From positions 1 to 64,000 of IMG/VR virus record IMGVR_UViG_3300037010_001227: a stretch of DNA of 64,000 nucleotides; one strand, given 5' to 3'. Position 1 is the stretch's first letter, and every line of letters starts with the position of its first letter. Made by a program: the position numbers and the translations under genes. A model generated the notes under the pieces. The model had not been told where the DNA came from. It did not search any database and saw only the letters and a list, made by a program, of their open reading frames with translations. Below, piece by piece: positions 58,461 to 64,000 of this stretch.

Positions 58461-60446
58461 TTAAAATTTCCACTGCGATCCAATTTGTCCATATAGATAG
58501 TTTTGATGGCCTCTAATTAACTGCTGGTAGGATTCATCAAAAATATCACCAATAATATAACCAGATTCTGTTGGAATAACAGATCGTGAAATAGTTATCA
58601 AATTAATGTTTTCATCGGATTCAATACTGATATTATTAGTTCCTAAGAAATCAGATACAGACAACTGTTTCTCATATTCTTCGACAGGATGTTTTAAGTC
58701 TACTTCTTCTAATCCAGAACCATCGTATTTACCTTGCTTAATATCGTGGTAAAGTTTTAGTCTATGTGCTAGAGATGACTTGGAAATACCAAGTTTTTCT
58801 GAATAAAATGCTAAGTATTCTTCAGGATATTCAGAGGAATCTGTAATACTCTTCGAATCTACGGCAATACCAATAGTCTCTACAGGTCTATGTAAAATAT
58901 TTTTAGGCGTTAATGGTATTAGAGCTAAAGCCAAAGCTAGTGCAAGGTCATCGTTACCTTTATTAGCTTCATACTTTTTAGTTCCATCATCATATAAGGT
59001 TTTAGCAGAAAAATTTTCTAACTGAATTTTCAGCCTTGGACTTTTTAGTTTGGACATACCAAAACAATTATTATAAAATAACACTAGTTTTTCAATTAAG
59101 GTTACTCTAGAATACCTATTAGTATTAAAGCCTGGTTTACTTTTACCTTCAGCATACCAAAAATTGTTGTATCCTTTGTTCTCAAGAAGATAAACTAACA
59201 TATCCGAGTATGAGTTTTCTTCAATAACCAATTGAGCTGAATTATAATGTCTTGCAGTCTTTAAAAGAATATCTGCAAATACTTCTGTAGGCAATTTACC
59301 TACATATTCTGCTACTTGTTCTTGTGTGTCTTCATCTAATACAACAAATGCCGAGAAGTCTCGTGAACTAGGTTTATTAGCAGAGCAGTCCACACCTATT
59401 ACATACCGTTTTGTAGAGTCAGCTACTTCCCAAATCCAAAAAGTATCTTCGTAAGTCAAACCACCATAAACTCTGTTTAAGATTTTATCACTGGGGATGA
59501 AAGCTTGCAATGCTTTTGGACTGAATAACGATGCAAGGTTAACGTCGAATCTACATTCGTATTCCTGAGCAAACTTATCAGTATTTCCATTGTCAGTTCT
59601 AATCTGATCTTCTTTAAACTTCGGATTCTTAGTGAATATAGGTGAAACAGTCCAAGGAAATTCCTTCCATTCCCAACCGTTAATACCTAATTTTGCCATT
59701 GTAAAGGTTTTATAAAACCAATTACTATCACTATTACCATTTGGTGATGACAAGGCAATCAATTTAGCGTCTGCTGCTGCAATTGTAGGTAATAAACCTT
59801 TTACTACTTCATCAGCTTTATCAATGAATGCTGCTTCGTCTAATATAAACAGAGTTGCAGAGAAGGAACGTGCTGCGTGAGGGTTTGAAGTGATTGCTTT
59901 GATCTTACATTTTGTTTCACTAAACTCTACTGTGTTCTTTGAGTATAATGTGCAAGAAGGTTTCATCCATTCTGGTAAAAACTCATATGCAGTTTTTAAC
60001 TTTGTGATAAACTCTTCAGCAGCTTCTCTATTGTGAGCCACGATTAGAGTTCGTTTACCATTTGAGAATATTGAATACCATAAAACATAAAATACCATGA
60101 TTGTAGAGACACCTAACTGACGTGACTTTACGCAAATAGTATATTTATTATTTCTTACACTGTTTAAAATTTCATTCTGATAGGTTGCGGTATCCATTGG
60201 GATGAGTCCAGAGGAACCGTGACCAATAATAAATCCGTAATTATTAGCAAAATATACTGGATCAGCAATACATTTTTCTTTTTCTTCCTCAACATATTTA
60301 AAAAGAGCTGCCTGAACTTGATCTATTGGCATTCCTTGATCTAATAGTGCCTGTCCAAGCCGTTCAATCTCAAAAAATTTATGGTTTGGATAATCTTCTG
60401 GTCTACTATGATATTTTTTCGATAATTTTTTCTGTTTTGTTGCCAT
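58461..60446 (-). CDS. terL: terminase large subunit
   Basis: Walker A KSRQLGVST, Walker B FILDEAAF, LSSPNG coupling motif, nuclease IGVDC...NDDLA. Confidence 0.96.
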   Translation of the reverse strand: MATKQKKLSKKYHSRPEDYPNHKFFEIERLGQALLDQGMPIDQVQAALFKYVEEEKEKCIADPVYFANNYGFIIGHGSSGLIPMDTATYQNEILNSVRNNKYTICVKSRQLGVSTIMVFYVLWYSIFSNGKRTLIVAHNREAAEEFITKLKTAYEFLPEWMKPSCTLYSKNTVEFSETKCKIKAITSNPHAARSFSATLFILDEAAFIDKADEVVKGLLPTIAAADAKLIALSSPNGNSDSNWFYKTFTMAKLGINGWEWKEFPWTVSPIFTKNPKFKEDQIRTDNGNTDKFAQEYECRFDVNLASLFSPKALQAFIPSDKILNRVYGGLTYEDTFWIWEVADSTKRYVIGVDCSANKPSSRDFSAFVVLDEDTQEQVAEYVGKLPTEVFADILLKTARHYNSAQLVIEENSYSDMLVYLLENKGYNNFWYAEGKSKPGFNTNRYSRVTLIEKLVLFYNNCFGMSKLKSPRLKIQLENFSAKTLYDDGTKKYEANKGNDDLALALALALIPLTPKNILHRPVETIGIAVDSKSITDSSEYPEEYLAFYSEKLGISKSSLAHRLKLYHDIKQGKYDGSGLEEVDLKHPVEEYEKQLSVSDFLGTNNISIESDENINLITISRSVIPTESGYIIGDIFDESYQQLIRGHQNYLYGQIGSQWKF

Positions 60447-60952
60447 TAGTTTAAGTTTTTAAGAATATTGTTCACTGAAGAAGTTGTTTCACCAGGTTCT
60501 AGCTCTACTTCCGCATCAACAATATCTGTCCTTTCTACCTCTACTGGAACTGACTGAGTTCCATTAACATTTAGTTTCGTGCCTCCTGCCGCCATTACAG
60601 CACCAATACCAACACCAGCCATAATATCTTGAATACTACTTGTTGCATCTGCTGAACGTTTCTTCATTGTTTGTTCACCAGATTTATATTGAATCATTGT
60701 TTTTATTAATTCAATTTTCTGTCTACGTGCTGATAGTTTAATTTCAGCAAATCGTGCTAAGCTGATAGCAAAACCTACCTCAGAGGATTCTACCATCCTG
60801 TCTCTAATAACAGTCATGTCAGAATCTAGCTCCCGAATATCTGAATCTAAGTCATCCATAGAAGCTTCTACTTTGTCTAAAATTGTATTATCAATCTTTT
60901 GAACATTTATAGAAGCACTGGAAACTTCTCGTTTGTTTATTTGATTAGTCAT
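60446..60952 (-). CDS. probable terminase small subunit
   Basis: Helical 168-aa protein coupled (TAATG) to terL. Confidence 0.55.
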   Translation of the reverse strand: MTNQINKREVSSASINVQKIDNTILDKVEASMDDLDSDIRELDSDMTVIRDRMVESSEVGFAISLARFAEIKLSARRQKIELIKTMIQYKSGEQTMKKRSADATSSIQDIMAGVGIGAVMAAGGTKLNVNGTQSVPVEVERTDIVDAEVELEPGETTSSVNNILKNLN

Positions 60953-60988
60953 ATACGTGTTTTACAACTATAAGTGTATAATTAATTG

Positions 60989-60996
60989 ACTTAATT
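60989..60996 (-). promoter_or_regulatory. candidate late promoter AATTAAGT
   Basis: Just after a terminator, 36 nt upstream of the terS-like ATG. Confidence 0.5.
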
Positions 60997-61023
60997 AAAA
61001 ACCTCGCCAAAAGACGAGGTTTA
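60997..61023 (-). terminator. terminator after sigma gene
   Basis: aaacctcg/cgaggttt hairpin; end coordinates approximate. Confidence 0.6.
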
Positions 61024-61092
61024 CGCGTTAGGATAGCATGCTGTTATATATAAATATAGTAACACCCACTTCTAGGGTTTACTATAATATAA

Positions 61093-62097
61093 TTAGTCAT
61101 CATTGTTATCGGAATTACTAAGTGAATGCACTTTATAGGTATTTAACCGAAGAGGACCGAAATTGGTTCTCAAGAACACTAAAGCTTCTTCAATGTCCTT
61201 ATGTTTAAGTTTTGTTCTACTACGAAGTTCATATACTAAGTTATTGGAAATCTTTGATAGTCCTTCTTGGGAGTATAGCATGTCAGATAGTTCTGTATAG
61301 ATCATTCGCTGATTATCAGAAATTTCACTATCTTCTTGTAAAAGAGACTCCAGAACTAAAAGTAAATCCTGTAAAATAATACTGGCATCAGAGCATTCGT
61401 CAGGTTCTTGACCTAAAGAACGTGATAGATCTTCGTAAGAAGAAGTCTTTAGTTTTTCACCGCCGTGGGCCATGGTAATAGTAGTAATACCATAGTTCAA
61501 AATCATTGTGAAGTACGTGTAAACACGAGCATAAATAGGATTTCCACGTTCATCAATTCCAACTTGTCGTTTTGGATCAAACTTATCCATAGCTTGAATC
61601 AACTTAATAACTGCGCCTTGGAATACTTCACCATAAGAAAGGCCGTGCTTGTGACGGCCATATTTAAAAATTACACCATCTATAATAGTGAATAAATAGG
61701 TTACGAAGTTATTTTGATTTTCAGCAGACTTATCTGCATTCCAAGTTTCCCAGAGATACCTACCTACAGGCTCCAAGAAATACATATTAGATTTCTTACC
61801 TCGTCGTTTCTTAGTTGGCAATTCTGGGGTTAATTCGGGATAATAGACTAAGGCTTTTTGAACAAAAGATTCTGGATAAGCATTAAGATCTGAGTTAATA
61901 GCCAAAATCTTTTTAATAGCAACCTTTTCAACAAAGGCTACTTCTTCTTTATTGTATGTGATTTCTCTGTAATCATGTTTCTTACCTAAGGACTCATGTA
62001 ATGCGTCTAAATCATCACGTTCGTCTTCTATCATCTGTAAGTAAGCTAACTCATTATAATCAGTATCTTCTGCATCATAGTCATTATAGTTCTTCAT
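61093..62097 (-). CDS. phage late sigma factor, gp55-like
   Basis: EVFQGAVIKLIQAMDKFDP...YTYFTMIL matches the region-2 pattern of gp55-type sigmas. Confidence 0.7.
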   Translation of the reverse strand: MKNYNDYDAEDTDYNELAYLQMIEDERDDLDALHESLGKKHDYREITYNKEEVAFVEKVAIKKILAINSDLNAYPESFVQKALVYYPELTPELPTKKRRGKKSNMYFLEPVGRYLWETWNADKSAENQNNFVTYLFTIIDGVIFKYGRHKHGLSYGEVFQGAVIKLIQAMDKFDPKRQVGIDERGNPIYARVYTYFTMILNYGITTITMAHGGEKLKTSSYEDLSRSLGQEPDECSDASIILQDLLLVLESLLQEDSEISDNQRMIYTELSDMLYSQEGLSKISNNLVYELRSRTKLKHKDIEEALVFLRTNFGPLRLNTYKVHSLSNSDNNDD

Positions 62098-62183
62098 TTA
62101 TATTCCTCTATGTTATTGTATCGGACTATAAATATAAAAATATAAATAAAAAGAGCCCCTATGTTAATATAGGGCATTTAATT

Positions 62184-62270
62184 TGGCGCGTAGTGAGAGA
62201 TTTGAACTCCCGGTAGACTTTCATCGACGGATTACAAAACCGTTCCAATTGACCACTATGGGAACTACGC
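62184..62270 (-). tRNA. tRNA with UGU (Thr) anticodon on a class II, Ser-like body
   Basis: GCGTAGT/ACTACGC acceptor, CCA/TGG D-stem, ACGGT-TTTGTAA-TCCGT anticodon arm (U31-U39 mismatch), 15-nt variable region, GGGAG-TTCAAAT-CTCTC T arm, G73, encoded CCA; 87 nt. Confidence 0.85.
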
Positions 62271-62300
62271 AAGTAAAAATCGCTCCCTGCCTTTGTCAGG

Positions 62301-62334
62301 GTTTGCGCTCATGTTTGCGCTCATGTTTGGTCAT
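62301..62334. repeat. 12-bp tandem repeat (gtttgcgctcat x2 plus a partial third copy)
   Basis: Read directly; lies between the membrane-protein stop and the tRNA. Confidence 0.8.
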
Positions 62335-62623
62335 TATCTTGTTTATCAAGATTGATACCAAAACGAGCTGCTATCAATTTAATTACATCTTTCAACATTG
62401 TAATACTATAACCACCAAGTACTAAATAAAATAAATAATCATTTACTTGACTAATATAGGTTAAAGTGTCAAAAATCTTCCATGGATTTACTGCAATACA
62501 CCAATTTAATGTAATAAATGCTATAAACGCGGCGGTACTTATTACTCTTCCATAAGATGCATCAGTATTAGTACTATATACTTTTTTCCACCAATGTAAC
62601 ATAAAATACCTAAACCTTACCAA
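62321..62623 (-). CDS. small two-TM membrane protein, possibly holin-like
   Basis: Hydrophobic VISTAAFIAFITLNWCIAV and YLFYLVLGGYSITML; charged C-terminus; start uncertain. Confidence 0.55.
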   Translation of the reverse strand: MVRFRYFMLHWWKKVYSTNTDASYGRVISTAAFIAFITLNWCIAVNPWKIFDTLTYISQVNDYLFYLVLGGYSITMLKDVIKLIAARFGINLDKQDNDQT

Positions 62624-62721
62624 AACTTATTTAGAACTCTTCGATATCGGTATATCTTCATGGAAAAGCTATAGGTGTTTCTTTAAAGATTTTTGGAATC
62701 TTTTAAAGAAGACCCCACACC

Positions 62722-63798
62722 CTAATGAGAACTGAATTGTCTAACCCAAACTTTAATAGATTTTTTCACATAAAAACGTAGTTTAATCAAATTTAATAAC
62801 TGAATAATTCTAAAGTTACGTAAAAACCAAACCCTGTTCATTACTTTAACAATATCTTTTGTAGACGTTGGATCAGCTTTTGCAAAATTACTTACCCAAG
62901 AAACTTCTGGGGACACAACAATTGGTAATTCTGACATTACCATGTCCGCTGATACAATATTAAAAGTTTCAGTAAAAGATACTTGCATACCCATATCCAT
63001 ATCTTTTATAAATTCTAAAAAATCATCATGAGATAACCATTCATGTGTTACTAAATGATGACGATAGGAATTTTTAAATAATCCTCTAAGATTATTTAAA
63101 GCTGGTTCACTTTTATTTTCTATTCTGGTTCCATTAATATGGAAATAAAGAGTCAACTGGTTTTTATCTGCAAATTCTATAGCTGCTATAGCTTGTGTTA
63201 AGTGATTTTTCAAATGTCTAACAGCACCAAAACACATTATATGAATTTCATTCTCTCTATCTCTGAATCTTACATAAGGTTCATAAAATTCCATAGGATA
63301 ACAATTAGGCAGATATAAAACTTTTTTGTCTATTTTTGATTCATCCCAATAAGGGTGGGCAGATTTAACAATAGTTTTGATATCATGGTAACTGCGCTTT
63401 GAATTACCAGAAACAGAAACATTATCGTAACCTACGTATCGTGAAATCCAATCCATAGCCATACCTTCAGTTGCTAAGAAAGGCATTTCACTATGATTTC
63501 TAATAATCCACTGTACTTTAGGATGAAGTTTATGAAGAATCTCAAATTTTTCTGGGACTACCCAAAAGGCTTCTATAACTACATGAGTAGGTTTATACTC
63601 TGTCACTAGTCTATCAATACAATTATTATCAATAGCATGAACAACTTTTACAGAAAAACCTTTTTTTCTCAAAGCATCTGCAACAAAGTTAGCACTATTT
63701 ACTAACCCAGATGACAATCCAGTTCTACAACTATATGTAGAGTTACCATAAGAGTCTTCTCTAAATTTTAAAATAAATAAAATTTTTGCCATTTCCAT
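62722..63798 (-). CDS. GT-B fold glycosyltransferase, GT4-like
   Basis: FGAVRHLKNH and QVSFTETFNIVSAD..LPIVVS (donor-binding E motif); EWLSHDDFLEFI. Confidence 0.7.
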   Translation of the reverse strand: MEMAKILFILKFREDSYGNSTYSCRTGLSSGLVNSANFVADALRKKGFSVKVVHAIDNNCIDRLVTEYKPTHVVIEAFWVVPEKFEILHKLHPKVQWIIRNHSEMPFLATEGMAMDWISRYVGYDNVSVSGNSKRSYHDIKTIVKSAHPYWDESKIDKKVLYLPNCYPMEFYEPYVRFRDRENEIHIMCFGAVRHLKNHLTQAIAAIEFADKNQLTLYFHINGTRIENKSEPALNNLRGLFKNSYRHHLVTHEWLSHDDFLEFIKDMDMGMQVSFTETFNIVSADMVMSELPIVVSPEVSWVSNFAKADPTSTKDIVKVMNRVWFLRNFRIIQLLNLIKLRFYVKKSIKVWVRQFSSH

Positions 63799-63817
63799 TT
63801 CAGCCTCATATTAATGC

Positions 63818-63894
63818 TGTAGCGGGTTAAGAAATTTGAATTCTTATCGTAAGTTTGGTAGACTTTCATGCTAACTGTTGAACATCACACTCGC
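63818..63894 (-). pseudogene. decayed tRNA-Gly-like gene, anticodon ACC
   Basis: GCGAGTG/AACCCGC acceptor with 2 mismatches, ATGT/GCAT D-stem, AAGT-CTACCAA-ACTT, AAGAA-TTCAAAT-TTCTT, U73, ACA instead of CCA. Confidence 0.65.
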
Positions 63895-63900
63895 ATAAAC

Positions 63901-64000
63901 TTAAACTTCCTTTAAAAACTCTCTTACTTCATCAGCATAACTTCTAACAATTTTTTGAATGATTAATGTTTGACCTTCATGAGAACAGCTATTAAAGAAA
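63901..64000 (-). CDS. 3' end of a gene entering from outside the window (...QKIVRSYADEVREFLKEV)
   Basis: Open frame from the edge to TAA at 63901-63903. Confidence 0.55.
   Translation of the reverse strand, partial: FFNSCSHEGQTLIIQKIVRSYADEVREFLKEV

Noticed and set aside
58461-60446. Intein or intron in terminase, portal or capsid
   Set aside because: Motifs are in normal order and spacing; no C/S...HN splice signatures or interruptions seen
19525-62148. T4 late promoter TATAAATA at 19525, 51430, 62127 and 62141
   Set aside because: All copies are on the plus strand, antisense to the genes, and sit in or beside terminator A/U tracts
196-62425. Many short plus-strand ORFs in the track (e.g. 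196-477, 4673-4969, 7520-7789, 17953-18345, 27736-28002, 61465-61695, 62183-62425)
   Set aside because: They lie antisense to well-supported minus-strand genes or the tRNA and show no recognisable motifs

Overview
An AT-rich segment of a large T4-like (contractile-tailed) phage genome, almost all on the minus strand. Reading right to left it holds a GT4-like glycosyltransferase, two tRNA-like genes, a gp55-like late sigma factor, small and large terminase, portal, prohead protease and scaffold, major capsid, tail tube and sheath, hub, spike, tail assembly chaperone, baseplate wedge, several fibre/adhesin genes, tail terminator and neck genes. Five free-standing homing endonuclease genes are interspersed; three are decayed. 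The most striking feature is a cassette at 2965-8802, lying between the two neck genes. It encodes a fibre-like protein ending in 28 perfect Cys-X-X-X repeats, followed by three radical SAM genes (one SPASM maturase-like, one tandem intact-plus-motifless domain protein, one broken paralog), an accessory protein, and a second, start-less CXXX coding remnant that the ORF track misses. This suggests RiPP-style post-translational modification of a virion protein. Other notable points: a class II (long variable arm, G73) tRNA with a Thr UGU anticodon, a decayed tRNA-Gly(ACC), a candidate late promoter AATTAAGT, a possible frameshift at the end of the tail assembly chaperone, and patchy pseudogenisation of accessory structural genes. 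All family assignments come from motifs recognised by eye; no searches were run.
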